Positions 1 to 12,589 of a DNA stretch of 64,000 bases are shown piece after piece (within the stretch, counting starts at the first letter, position 1; each line of letters starts with the position of its first letter). The translations under genes and the position numbers were made by a program. The notes beneath the pieces were generated by a model, which worked only from the letters and a program-made list of their open reading frames with translations, made no database searches and had not been told where the DNA came from. This DNA is from Octopus vulgaris (lineage: Eukaryota): contig OX597823.1 in assembly GCA_951406725.2 (NCBI GenBank), positions 83,080,001-83,144,000 of the forward strand. Direction: 5' to 3'.

Positions 1-534
1 ATTCTGGGTGATGATGGTGAAGGCTTCTTTGTTTCTGGGGTTGTATGTAGATATGTAAGGTAGTATTTTCGGGGAAGGTGTGTTGTTGTGTTGAACTTTT
101 CTTAAAGTTTCTATGTTGATTTCTGTTGCACGTCTGATCCCATCCTCTATGAGTTGAGCTGGGTAATGTCTGTCAATTAGGGTGTTTTTGAGTTCTTGCA
201 GTCTAAAGTTCCTGGTATTTTGTTCTGACACTATTGTGCATATCCTTCTTGCAAGGTTGAAGGGGATGTTTGTTTTAGTGTGTCTTGGGTGGCATGAATT
301 AAAAAGAAGGTATTGTTTGGCGTCTGTGGCTTTGTAAAAAATGTCTGTTTCTATTTTAAGGTTAATTTTTTTAATTAGTATATCCAAGAACGGGAGCTCC
401 TTTTGGTTGTATTCCATTGTGAACTGTATATTTGGGTTTATGCTGTTCAATAGGTTTTTAAATTTTAGGAGTTTATCTATGTTTTCATTCCAGAGAATGA
501 AACAATCGTCTAGGAATCGTTTCCAATTCTCTTT
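1..534 (-). CDS. Penelope-like element reverse transcriptase, C-terminal half (5'-truncated, runs off the window)
   Basis: Stop-free 178-codon minus frame: KENWKRFLDDCFILWNEN...INPNIQFTMEYNQKELPFLDILI...TDIFYKATDAKQYLLFNSCHPRHTKTNIPFNLARRICTIVS...LIDRHYP...LPYISTYNP. These are PLE RT motifs C-E plus thumb. It begins directly at a (TA)n tract. Confidence 0.93.
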
Positions 535-594
<60 letters not shown>

Positions 595-596
595 AG

Positions 597-736
597 AAAA
601 TCAAAATAAGTAACATGATATCAAGTATTAGTGCAATACGTCCGTAATGCTTAAATTGATGCAATGGACTAAATGGAGCCGCTTGAAACGGTCGTATTGC
701 TCCAATACTTGATATCCTGTTACATATTTTGATTTT
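597..736. repeat. Fold-back inverted repeat (49-bp arms), probable PLE terminal (pLTR) remnant
   Basis: 597-645 versus reverse complement of 688-736 match at 44/49. GAAACGGTC-GTATTGC (685-700, hammerhead 3' half) overlaps the start of the right arm. Flanked by (TA)n. Confidence 0.8.
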
Positions 737-815
737 ATTCACCTTGCTTCGGGCTGTGCAGATAATGCCAGACTGACTTGGTGCCTCAACTTAAGTACCT
801 AATTCAACTGAACCT

Positions 816-871
<56 letters not shown>

Positions 872-902
872 CATACATATACAAGTGTGTGTTTGTGAGT
901 AG

Positions 903-942
<40 letters not shown>

Positions 943-1262
943 TTCCGCGCATTGAATAGAGGAATTCTTAAAAATGGGACTTGGAGTGCAGAACATAAGG
1001 TTTCTTCATTGGTGAAAATGGAAAGAAAAACTCTGTTTAAGCAAATGGTTATTTAGATTTAGTCCACCACGATAAAGATGAAAGAGAAGCTCTGAAGTGA
1101 GAGAGGAAGCAAAAAATAACGAAAAAAAAACGTGTACTTAGTTAAAAAAAAACAGCACATGATAGAGAATATATTATAGAACAAAGTAGACCATCTTAGT
1201 TAAAATCTTCTAAAACGGTTTAGAACTGTTATGAAAGACAGTACATGAAAATTAATATAGTG

Positions 1263-1312
<50 letters not shown>

Positions 1313-1366
1313 ATTTTTTTGTCTCTAGTTTCAGATCAGAGCTGCGGCCATGCTGATGCACCGCCG

Positions 1367-1460
<94 letters not shown>

Positions 1461-2312
1461 ATATATCATATACATATGTATGTGTGTGTATGTATGTGTG
1501 TGTGTGTGTGCTATTGATAGGTAAATTTCTTCTTTATTGATGCTGAGAATCACCATCTGCTATAAAAAAGATTTAATCTTTGAATTTATGTTTTCTTTTT
1601 CACCCAATTCTGATAAGTATGGTTTTATGTGCTTGAATGTAGAGCTTCCTTATGTGCGTGTTTTGAGTTCTATTGTCTATCTCTAAAGATATATATATAT
1701 ATATGTGTGCGTGTGTGTGTATACATATATATATGTATTCATATATCCTTATGTATATGTATATGCAAATTGCAAACAGACGTACACTACACCCACATAT
1801 ATGTATATACATATTTATGTATACTTATGTGTATACATTCATATATCAATTAGATTCCGTAACAGAGAAAACATCATACTTTCACAATCACGTGCGCGTA
1901 CGTATATATATCTCTCACGAAAACATCCTCATATTCATACTTATCAAAATTTGACGCAAGAGACCGTATGAATATAAAGATTAATTATTTATCATAATGG
2001 CCATCTTCGATACTAATAAAGCTAAAGTAATCTATTCTCGTCTCGATAGTATTAATTTTCTTGTTCCAAACCTTAATGTAAAATTCACTCTCTGTCAGAC
2101 CTTACTACAGCATCTACCAATTAACAATGTATTTCAAACATAGCATTTCAAACATAGAAAATTGTGCCTCCCTAAGGCACTGATATACTGAACAATCTTA
2201 ATAATTGCAGACAATATGGAAAGTGCCTATATATATCTAAGTTGAATACATACGAACATATATATATATACATATATTCATGCATACATGCATACATACA
2301 TACATACATACA

Positions 2313-2343
<31 letters not shown>

Positions 2344-2782
2344 TGTTTTTGTTTTTTTGTCATTTGTATGTTTTGTTTGTAGAATGCTAAGAATCGTATT
2401 TCGGTCAAGGTATATAATATGAAAAATCAAAATATGAACAAACACAGCTGTTTACTCTTCTTGCCCGAGGAAGGGCAAATGTCACTGTTTTCTGAGTGAT
2501 GTTAATTAATGCAATGTTGTCTATAATATATGTAACATTTAACAATGAACAGCTGGTAATGATGTGTTGAAACAATTGTAGTGATGTGGAACAAATCATA
2601 TTCTGATTACCTATACATATAAATTTGACGTGGGTGATTCTTTCTTGTCTTGAGATTCACGGATAAAGGCTGGGTAGAATTGCACGAAAAATTACACAGC
2701 TGTGTAGAATGATCTGGGCTTTGTATTTTTTCATAGCTCCCATGGTTACCGAGGTAATCTGCTATAATAGTACTCTTGTGTT

Positions 2783-2930
2783 TATGAATGAGAAAGGAAG
2801 GGGTGATAGATGAATAAAGTAGGAAGAGGAGCTAGATGAATAAGGAAGGAAGGGGTGATAGATGAATAAGAAATGAAGGATAGATGAATGAGAAGGGAGG
2901 GGTGATGTCATACTTGGTAGTGGGATGATG
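2783..2930. repeat. Purine-rich minisatellite, ~25-30 bp unit GATGAAT(G/A)AG..GGAAGGGGTGATA
   Basis: Three to four diverged copies are visible. Confidence 0.6.
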
Positions 2931-3518
2931 AAAATTGTACGCCGAAAAATAAATCAAAGAGCGTTTCAACTCCGTGTGAAAATATGTAAAATGGGGTATG
3001 TGAATGTGTGTGTGTCTGCATGCGTGTGTGTGTGTGTGTGTGTTTGTGTGTTTGTGCGTGTTCGCACGCAATGGAAGTGGGATGGTTCATCATTGTTCGT
3101 TTAGTATTTGGGTTTAATTTTTGATTTGGTTGAATCTTGGTTGTTTTTTTTTTTTGCTCAGTTATTTTGTAGCATTTTGACAGAAAAAAGTCATTCTAAA
3201 ACTGATTTTTAACGTAAGCGTGCCCAAACAAGTCGAATGCTTACACAGAGCAGGTTTTACAGCCACATCATCCAAATCGATGAAACCGGGCTTAGCTGCT
3301 AATATATAAATCAACTGAACATGCTTTATTTCACATCACTGCAATAATTTTGACAATATACGAACGAAGAAAGATATTTTATATATTTCTTCAAAAGGCT
3401 TAATTAAACACAAATAGTGATAAAATAAAGACCTTTCATAGTACATCGACCGCCATGACAGACCTTTACTTTTATTTCGAGTATCTACATCACATACATT
3501 ATTCACACACACACACAC

Positions 3519-3559
<41 letters not shown>

Positions 3560-3599
3560 CGAACGCATACACACACACATACATATATCTATCTATCTA

Positions 3600-3644
<45 letters not shown>

Positions 3645-3648
<4 letters not shown>

Positions 3649-3908
3649 GAAGGTTTGAAACTGCAATTTTAAAGATGTTTATTCACTTGACCGGTTTCAC
3701 TTTTTTGGAAAACAATTGTCAGAAGTAAAATATATAGCTTTGTTGTGTTAATTACTGGTTATTACAAAAGTATTAAAATACATATATACATTCTTTGATA
3801 ATAAAAAGAAAATGTTAAAAACAGTTTACAAGAAGGCATTTAAGAAATTAATCAGAACGGGACTTCAAAAAGTATTTTGAGTTCATTAAAAATCATGTTT
3901 GTTTGGTA

Positions 3909-3964
<56 letters not shown>

Positions 3965-4130
3965 GGATATATATTTAAGAATTCACAAAAAATTGTAGAG
4001 GAATAATTGACCTCTCTTCCTGACTCTTTGTCTTGTATGTAGCTAAGTGAATGAACATCTTTAAAATTGCATTTTCAAACCTTTCATATATATTTCCACT
4101 CGTGCAGTACCTTACAACTTTCCTTTGTTA
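3645..4130. mobile_element. Inverted pair of PLE-type terminal fragments embedded in (TA)n
   Basis: 3650-3688 versus reverse complement of 4045-4083 match at 37/39. The left copy carries a hammerhead motif. Confidence 0.7.
3685..3726 (-). ncRNA. Minimal type-I hammerhead ribozyme-like motif (degenerate)
   Basis: ACTT-CTGACAA-[stem II region]-GAAA-CCGG-TC-AAGT. Stem I is ACTT/AAGT and stem III is palindromic (ACCGGT). The G8>A change is consistent with CpG decay. Confidence 0.65.
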
Positions 4131-4371
4131 TATATATATATATAGCGAGAAGTTGAGGTTATAAGAGATAATGGTGTCATTGAGACCCAAAGGTGTGAGG
4201 TAATGCTGAATAAGTGCTATAGACAGACCATAGTTAAGTTCCAGATTCGGTAATTTTGTGAATAATGGGTTCAACGTTGGTTCTATGTCAGCGTGTGTAT
4301 ATAAGAATTTCTTGCGTAATAAGATAAAAAAACCAAGGCTGTGTAGATATTAGAGCATTTATAGGTAGAAG

Positions 4372-4423
4372 GTCTTACAGCTGTTTCTAGTATATTTATT
4401 AATTATATTCCTTCATCGGAGAC
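4372..4423 (-). ncRNA. Minimal type-I hammerhead ribozyme-like motif (CCGAUGA core)
   Basis: GTCT-CCGATGA-[AT-rich stem II]-GAAA-CAGCTG-TA-AGAC. Stem I is GTCT/AGAC, stem III is palindromic (ACAGCTGT), and the cleavage triplet is GUA. Confidence 0.72.
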
Positions 4424-4799
4424 GGTGTGAGAGGATGGTTAAGTCATAGTTAGTTTAGATGTGATGCAAAATAGAGAGTGAGGTGGAGGAAAGAAAATAG
4501 ATGCAACATATGTATGGATATTGAAGTTGTAAATCCACTTTTTAGGCATAATGGTATATATGCAATATTCCAATAAATACATAATACATACATCATATGT
4601 ATATATTTCTGTGTCTATATGATGTGACGCCACCATGAGCGTTCCATCAATTGCATGATGTGTAGAATATACCGCCAGCATCGCCCAAACCACCTTAACA
4701 TTACATACAGAATTCATATAAGGCTGGGGTAACGTGCTATGCGCCCCTACGTAATTCAGACTCACAACACATAAGTTCATTGCAACACATTTTCTTTTC

Positions 4800-5070
4800 C
4801 TCAACAGGCCTCGCTATATTTAAAATTATTTAAAAACAAATCAAAGAAGAAAATGATGCCATCACTTTGAAACGTATCCTAGACAAATTTCTTCAAGAGA
4901 TACCAAATAAGCGTCCAGTACTTGAATATACTATATATCAGTCAACAACTCTGTACAAGAATGGGCTATGATACCACAAAACTTGACTTTTAAATGATCC
5001 TATCAAGTGATACTATTAAGTTAGACATGGCCTTGATCAATCTTTGGCCAAACATATCTAAGTTATCCAG
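4800..5070 (+). mobile_element. 3' end of a CR1/L2-group LINE (degenerate)
   Basis: Translation GLAIFKII*KQIKEENDAITLKRILDKFLQEIP...NNSVQEW resembles the FN.LP..I...FK..LDKFL..IPD C-terminus. It is followed by a short 3' UTR. Confidence 0.7.
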
Positions 5071-5100
5071 AATATGTGTGTTTGTATATATGTATATATG

Positions 5101-5167
<67 letters not shown>

Positions 5168-5383
5168 GTGTGTGTATACACGTAACCTAGATAACTTTTC
5201 GGTTTTCTCTCTTCTTCTTTTCATCTTTCTTTCTTTTTTCACACATGCTGTTGTATTTACTTTTTGTATTCTTTTATTATTTTTATCATTTTTTCTATCT
5301 TTCATCTTCTATTTTTATTTTTATTTGTATACTTGTAAGAAAAATCTTTTGCTATATAAACAACCTTCTAAACCACAGAATTC

Positions 5384-5431
5384 CAGTTTCAAAATGGCTG
5401 TCGGAAAGCTCGAAACTCATTAGAGTAACTG
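5384..5431 (+). ncRNA. Degenerate hammerhead-like motif in a pyrimidine-rich PLE-type terminal fragment (~5180-5490)
   Basis: CAGT-[core decayed]-GGCT..AGCTC-GAAA-CTCATTAGAG-TA-ACTG. Stems I and III are intact but the CUGANGA box is lost. Confidence 0.4.
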
Positions 5432-5490
5432 TAAACGTTATCGTTAAAATAAAATTATCTCCGCAAAAGCCATTTCCACTCATTTTTCAA

Positions 5491-5687
<197 letters not shown>

Positions 5688-6500
5688 TTATATGCATGTG
5701 TATGTGCGTGTGAGTGTATCAACATTTGATATTAAATACCTTCAAATATTTTTGCAATTTCAATAAATTTTAATTTAATTGCATTCACTTTTTGCTTTGG
5801 CTCATTTTAAAACATTGAAACATATATCTGTCACTTCACTTGCTTCACTACTTAAGGAAGTAAAGATTATGTTTACCCAATAATCAAACCACTTTTACGA
5901 GAAATAGGAACAGAAGCAGCCGCCACACTGACTCCAAAAGTCATTATGCCGATCATGCCGTTTGGAACTCATAGATAAGTCGTGATAAATCTATTGGAGA
6001 ATAAGTAATGTATGTGTATCGAGTTAGCTTTTAGGGGCATTCAAAAACTAGAATACAAGGAGCAACTAGAGAAAAGGTTTGAAACGGAATATCGCATTAT
6101 ATCTCGAGTCACGTGAAAGTAAAATAGAATGCTTGTTATTACTTCGTAACTTGGCTACCCAATCAGCAAACGACTTTCTACGAGAAATAAAAATGTAACA
6201 GACGCCATTAAGTGGAGATATTATTAAGAAGAAAACACGTAACGTTGGTCGTAGCTTATTGAATGAAGATACAAGGTGACGTAAGCCTACACGCGAATTC
6301 TATATAAGTGTGCATCCAGCTTGGCTTTATGGGTTATATACGTTAATGAACACCAGAGGGCAGGAGTAAATGCTGGGAACATAATTTCCATAGCATCAGT
6401 TAACAGCATTTTCTTTACCGAATGAAGAAATATGAATGAATAAAATCAAACTTCATTGCTCTCTACCTACCTATCTATCTATCTATCTATCTATCTATCA

Positions 6501-6914
6501 TATTTGTTTATTGCGTACAAGGGGTTAAACATAGAGGGGACAAACGAGGACAGACAAAGGGATTATGTCGATTACATCGACCCCAGTGCGTAACTGGTAC
6601 TTAATTTATCGACCCCGAAAGGATGAAAGGCAAAGTCGACCTCGGTTGAATTTGAACTCAGAACGTAAAGACAGATGAAATTCCTATTTCTTTACTACCC
6701 ACAAGGGGCTAAACACAGAGAGGACAAACAAGGACAGGCAAACGGATTAAATCGATTATATCGACCCCAGTGCGTAACTGCTACTTATTTAATCGACCCC
6801 GAAAGGATGAAAGGCAAAGTCGACCTCGGCGGAATTTGAACTTACAACGTAACGCAGACGAAATACCGCAAAGCATTTCGCCCAGCGTGCTAACGTTTCT
6901 GCCAGCTCACCGCC
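6501..6914 (-). mobile_element. SINE family A: one tRNA-like head plus two tandem bodies
   Basis: Head GGCGGTGAGCTGGCAGAAACGTTAGCACG, B-box-like GAGTTCAAATTCC, core GGTCGACTTTGCCTTTCATCCTTTCGGGGTCGAT. The second body has no head; the junction is at ~6683. Confidence 0.9.
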
Positions 6915-7546
6915 TTTCTATCTGTCTCTCTGTCTGCCTGCCTGTATGTTTGTCTGTCTTTCTGTCTGTCACATTTTCTTTCTGTTCGTAAAAAAATGCA
7001 TAATTCTACATTTTTGTATTTTTCTTCATTTCTTTCTCTCTCTCTCTCTCTCGCTCCCGTTCTCACTCTCTCTCTCTCACTCTTTCTCTCTTTCTATCTG
7101 TCTCTCTCTCTCTAGTTGTCTCTCGCGCTCTTCTCGTCTTATTCAGAATATAATTTATAGTTTGATCTTGTCACTTGTAAATAGGTTAATGAATTTACTG
7201 TTTATGTGTTTATGCTAATGCTGAACAAACATGCACAATATATATTTACAGATACGAACAGAGAACAAACACAGAACATCAAATAAATTCAAATGCAATT
7301 GTACAAAGTATGTTTTGAATCGCTTAAAAAAATTGTTTGCCATCTTTACTTTCATCACACACATAAGAAAGTGACCACCCAATCATACAAGCATACAGCC
7401 ATCTACATATAGAATTTCTTTCTCTCTCTCTCTCTCTCCCTCTCTCTCTCTCTCTTTCCCTCTCTTTCTCTCTCTCGCCCTCTCTCTCTCTCTATATATA
7501 TATATACATATATGTATGTATGTATATATATATATATATATCAACG

Positions 7547-7922
7547 TGGCATTCCGTCGGTTACGACGATGAGGGTTCCAGTTGATCCGATCAACAGAAC
7601 AGCCTGCTTGTGAAATTAACATGCAAGTGGCTGTGCACCCCACAGACACGTGTACCCTTAACATAGTTCTCGGGGAGATTCAGCGTGACACAGGGAGTGA
7701 CAAGGACGGCCCTTTGAAATACAGGTCCAACAGAAACAAGAAAAAAGGGTGAGAGAAAGTTGTGGTGAAAGAGTACAGCAGGGTTCGCCACCCCCACTCC
7801 CTGCTGGAGCCTCGTGGAACTTTAGGAATTTTCGTTCAATAAACACTCACAACGCCCGGTCTGGGAACCGAAACCGCGATCCTTAAACCACGAGTCTGCT
7901 GCCCTAACCACTGGACTATGCA

Positions 7923-7925
<3 letters not shown>
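7547..7925 (-). mobile_element. tRNA-headed SINE, head C + tail X
   Basis: Head CCAGTGGTTAGGGCAGC...GGTTTCGGTTCCCAGACCGGGCGTTG is shared with 15140 and 23691. Tail GTCACGCTGAATCTCCC...GTAACCGACGGAATGCC is shared with 47537. Confidence 0.88.
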
Positions 7926-7959
<34 letters not shown>

Positions 7960-8639
7960 AATAAACACACACACACACATATAAATCTAAGGAACTACTG
8001 GTTCAATACGTAGTATTGCTGAGGAATGTCCTTGATACCTTAAGCACGTGCCTATTTTGATAAATGGCTAATCTATCACTATTACATTCATATATGCATG
8101 TTTATATGTATAGACCTATACACATATATACACACACATGCACACACGTGTATGTATATATATATATATGTATATATGCATGTATGAATGTATATATGTA
8201 TGTCTGTATGTATGTATGTATGCATGCATGCATGTATGTATGTATGTATGTATGTATGTATGTATGTATGTATGTATGTATGCGGATGAATGGATGGCTT
8301 CTCCGAGTTCGATGTATAGGTTATGTTGAACTCGATTAACTGACTGAGCCAGTCACTTAATAAAATTGTGAAAAGGTTTCATTTTCCATAGATACGTGGA
8401 AGCTGTATGTCATTTTCTAGTCGAATGAGCATAAATTCGTATGAAAGCTAGATTTTTTCCTACAGGTACCGTCCATTCGATGGACTCCTCCAGTTTCCGT
8501 TCACGCAGGTTCAGTTACAAGAGTTAGTTCGAACTGAGATTATGGTAATGGCACTTTGCTCATCGTGCCACCCAATGGTAATGGCACTTTGCTCACTATG
8601 CCAACTGGTGGTTGTGAAGAGAAAAGTCTTAACACGACG

Positions 8640-9020
8640 GCCATATTTGCATCGATATATGTTTCGGAGGGAGAAGTAATTAGCATTAAAATCAACCATT
8701 TTACAGGGAGCTAGCGGATGGCAAGTGTGAACAAAGTTGTACAGAAATAACGCGTCGAGAATGCGCGTAAAGCCTCACTGAAGAGCTTTGAGATCAGCTC
8801 TGATTCATGAGAAATGCAAGCACAAGACGGCTCTGCCTGGCGAAGCTACACCAACAGAAGTACCACCTCTTTGCCTTCAATCTCCAGAAGACCAACAGAG
8901 TCCGATCCTGCGGCAGAGGCTTTCGAGCACACATCGGACTGACTGGCAACAACCGAACATACTGTGCCCCGCCTTCTTCTCCCATGTGATGTTCTTTTTC
9001 ATCGACGACGATGTCGGATT
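8640..9020 (+). mobile_element. 3' end of an RTE-clade LINE (degenerate)
   Basis: Across frameshifts: ...ELADGK...KASLKSFEISSDS*EMQAQDGSAWRS..., then RSCGRGFRAHIGLTGNNRT (C2H2-like terminus) and a CATCGACGACGATG tail hairpin. Confidence 0.8.
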
Positions 9021-9682
9021 ACGTAAACTGTTCCAAATATTCGTCTCCTTAGATTTATTCAGAATTACAGCGCGATTTTTTCTCTGCTTTACCCAGAAAG
9101 ATACCTTATAAATGTTGGGTAACTTATTGTTCAGAATATAGAATTAAAAAGAAAATGTTTTACTATACAAGATAAACACGTAATCTAAGTTAAAAGGAAA
9201 AAAAAAAGAATTAATATTTGGTAAACAAATAACTAACTGATACGTGTAAGCAAAGACGCTTGTATGAATCTTTTACATAATAGCATTATAGATTCCAACG
9301 GCAAATTAAATCAACATATACAATGAAATGTATAAACGGATTCACAACACATTACTGCATCACATAGCATCAAATAAAAAAAATAAATATCACTATAAAA
9401 TCATCCTTACTCCCACTGAAGGTCTAGAAGAAGCATTTCGATATCTTGCCAAAATTAAACATGATTTCTCTGAGAAAAATGTCTTATGTATGTTTCGAAA
9501 AACGGTCTTAGAATAAATGTTGAAGTAAACAGCCTACGCAGTTGAATCTACAAAATAATATTTCATTAAGTAAAATATGGCCTCAGAGTAGAGGAAAAAA
9601 TAATTTTTCTTATGAATTTACTTTATTGCTGAAATCTTCATTTCGACTGTCACCTTTGGGTCGACTTTCTTGAATGTTGTTA

Positions 9683-10112
9683 CTTATTTCCTAGTGTGTC
9701 AGCCGTATGCCCTGTCGAGCTAGACAAAATCTTATGCACATAGACGTGTAGATCCACATTAATACTATAAAATGAACTTTCTATTTCTTTCAACCGGAAC
9801 GGGCCTGAAAGTTTACATGTTTGAGCTCTACCAAACTAACCCTTTACAAACACTGAAATCGCTCTTTCCTACTATCTCAAACCAGCAAGCAATCCCGCTT
9901 ATTTCCTAGTGTATCAGTTGTATGCCCGGTCGAGCTATACAAAATCGTATACACATAGGCGTGTAGACCCACATTAATACTATAAAATGAACATTCTATT
10001 TATTTCAACTGGAACGGGCCTAATAGTTCACATGTTTCGGCTCTATCAAACTAACCCTTTACAAACACTGAAATCGCTCTTTCCTACTTTCTCAACCCAG
10101 CAAGCAATCGCG
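9683..10112. repeat. Tandem duplication, 2 x 215 bp
   Basis: Units start CTTATTTCCTAGTGT at 9683 and 9898. They are colinear with scattered substitutions. Confidence 0.92.
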
Positions 10113-10736
10113 CTAAAACTGAGAAATTACTTGCTGTGCATAATGATCTGCAGGTAGCTATGTGTGATGTTTTCTGTGTTCTGTTGAGATTTTGCAGATG
10201 ATTCTATCAACGTTGAAGTAAACCTTACAACAATATATACCAGCTGAACACTGACGTTGATCTAATCGACTTACCCCCACCTCTAAAATTGCAGTCTTTG
10301 TACCAAAATTTGGAACTATTATCTTATCTGTCTCGTGAAAGTCTAGGCTAAGTCTTGTAAAAATGCCCCTGATAAATATTACTATGTCTGTGTTTGACTA
10401 TAGTTAAGGATCGATTGATAGAAATAATTTCTTTTTTTAGAGTACGGAAAAGTGAGTGTGAGGCGCTTACTTCTAACATGTGAGCCTCAATGTAATAGTT
10501 TGATTTGCTAGAAAAGCCGTCAGGTTACCCTCAAATCGTACTCTATTGCATTGAAAAAAACACTAAGAAGATATTGGATAGTGATTGTAGTCGAGCTTTG
10601 ATTTGCTAGAAAAAGCAATCAAATATCCTTCAAATCACATTCTACGACACAAATAATAAAACACTGTGATATAGCATGAAAAGATCCTTGCGATAGTCAA
10701 AGTTACCGAAACTTTATTCATAGTTATTCCCAGTAT

Positions 10737-10894
10737 GTGTGTGGTAAGTAGCTTGCTTACCAACCACATGGTTCCGGGTTCATTTCCTCTCCGTGGCACC
10801 TTGGGCAAGTGTCTTCTACTATAGTCTCGGGCGGATCAAAGCCTTGTGAATGGAGTTGGTAGATGGAAACTGAAAGAAACCTGTCGTATATATT

Positions 10895-10956
<62 letters not shown>

Positions 10957-11201
10957 TGTATTTGTGTGTCTGTGTTTGTCCCCCAACATCACTTGACAAC
11001 CGATGCTGGTGTATTTACGTCCCCGTAACTTAGCAGTTCGGCAAAAGAGACCGACAGAATAAGTACTAGGCTTACAAATGATAAGCTCTGGGGTCGATTT
11101 GCTCGACTAATGGTGGTATGGCCGCCATTATGGCCGCACTCAAATGACTCCAGCATGGCCGCAGTCAAGTGACTGAAAAAAGTAAAAAAGTAAAAGAGTA
11201 A
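10737..11201 (+). mobile_element. SINE family B (tRNA head, internal (TA)n(TG)n tract), near full length
   Basis: GTGTGGTAAGTAGCTTGCTTACCAACCACATGGTTCCGGGTTC...CCAGCATGGCCGCAGTCAA.TGACTGAAA...GTAAAAGAG. More than 12 copies are in the window. Confidence 0.92.
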
Positions 11202-11276
11202 ACGCTAATTACTGAAGACTTAGGACATCATAGCATCAACAACCAGTAACATCTCATGCCTATCCTCCTAAAAATA

Positions 11277-11297
11277 TGTAGTACCAATATAAGTTGT

Positions 11298-11359
<62 letters not shown>

Positions 11360-11404
11360 CAGCAGCAGCAGTAGTAGTAGTTGTAGTACCAACATAAGTT
11401 GTAA

Positions 11405-11458
<54 letters not shown>

Positions 11459-11487
11459 CAGTAGTAGTAGTAGTAGTATTGTAGTAA

Positions 11488-11526
<39 letters not shown>

Positions 11527-11594
11527 CTGTAGTAGTAGTAGTAGCTGTAGTAGTAGTAGTAATAGTTGTAGTTATATAGTACAACATAAATTGG

Positions 11595-11647
<53 letters not shown>

Positions 11648-11662
11648 CAGTAGTAGTAGTAG
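11277..11662. repeat. Compound (AGT)n/(AGC)n microsatellite with a recurring ~20-bp spacer
   Basis: Spacer TAGTAC(C)AA(T/C)ATAA(G/A)TTG at ~11279, ~11383 and ~11577. Confidence 0.9.
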
Positions 11663-12187
11663 CTGGATAACGCGGCTCGGCCCAACTTATATTAGTGCTT
11701 AAGGAACGCCCAGATTGAAAAATAAAGAAGCGAAACCCAAATAACAGAATATGTTATGTAAAACTTCGAACAAACAAAATTAAACAATCGATCTATCTAT
11801 ATAAATACATTTATTTATTCTGTCATTCTCTAGTCACAGCCATCTACTATCATTACTGAATTTAACTAAAAGTATACTATTTATATACATATATATATAT
11901 ATATATATGTTTATATGTTTATATAATGTTATCAAAACAACGCCAGTCAGAAATTAACGCTTACACCACAGTGAAAAACAGGTGAGTAGATATAGATATA
12001 CGGTAACAAATTCTTTTCATTCATTGACTGCTTGCTGGTACATGATATCGCACTGCAGATTGTGCAGTGTTTCTTGTTAATTTATGCCAATCAATACCAT
12101 TGCACCATTCAATACGACTTGCAATGTAACTATAAATATTTTCTTTCTGTCTGCACCTTGATTGTTCCAGTATTGTAAAGTAGTTTG

Positions 12188-12257
<70 letters not shown>

Positions 12258-12429
12258 ACGCAAGAAGAAGAAGAAACGATCCACATCATAATAGCTATGG
12301 TTATGAAAAAACATCCAGACAAACGCACGATAAAAAAAAACTAAGATTTTCTATTTGACCTACAGAAAACAGCGCTCTTAGACGTTGCATATATATCCTA
12401 CTTAGAGCATATTCAATACCCTATAATTA

Positions 12430-12515
12430 AAAATACTGAAACCCACAATGTGTACCCAAGGCCCACAGTGCTGCGCTCGGTTGTGCAGTGAAAGCACATA
12501 ATGAAAATAAGACTA

Positions 12516-12520
<5 letters not shown>
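12430..12520 (+). mobile_element. Short 3' end of a probable R4/Dong-type retrotransposon ending in (TAA)n
   Basis: A short unique segment (TACCCAAGGCCCACAGTGCTGCGCTCGG) runs directly into (TAA)n. The family assignment is inferred from context. Confidence 0.45.
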
Positions 12521-12565
<45 letters not shown>

Positions 12566-12589
12566 TAATAATAATAATAATAATAATAA

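Noticed and set aside
2405-2780. Possible GIY-YIG remnant (ITSCSLLNVTYII)
   Set aside because: No YIG motif or other colinear support was found.
10495-10660. Recurrent TGCTAGAAA..GC..CAAAT..CCCTCAAATC motif (also ~27330, ~40195, ~57420, ~58005)
   Set aside because: Probably an old dispersed repeat, but its boundaries and class could not be defined by eye.
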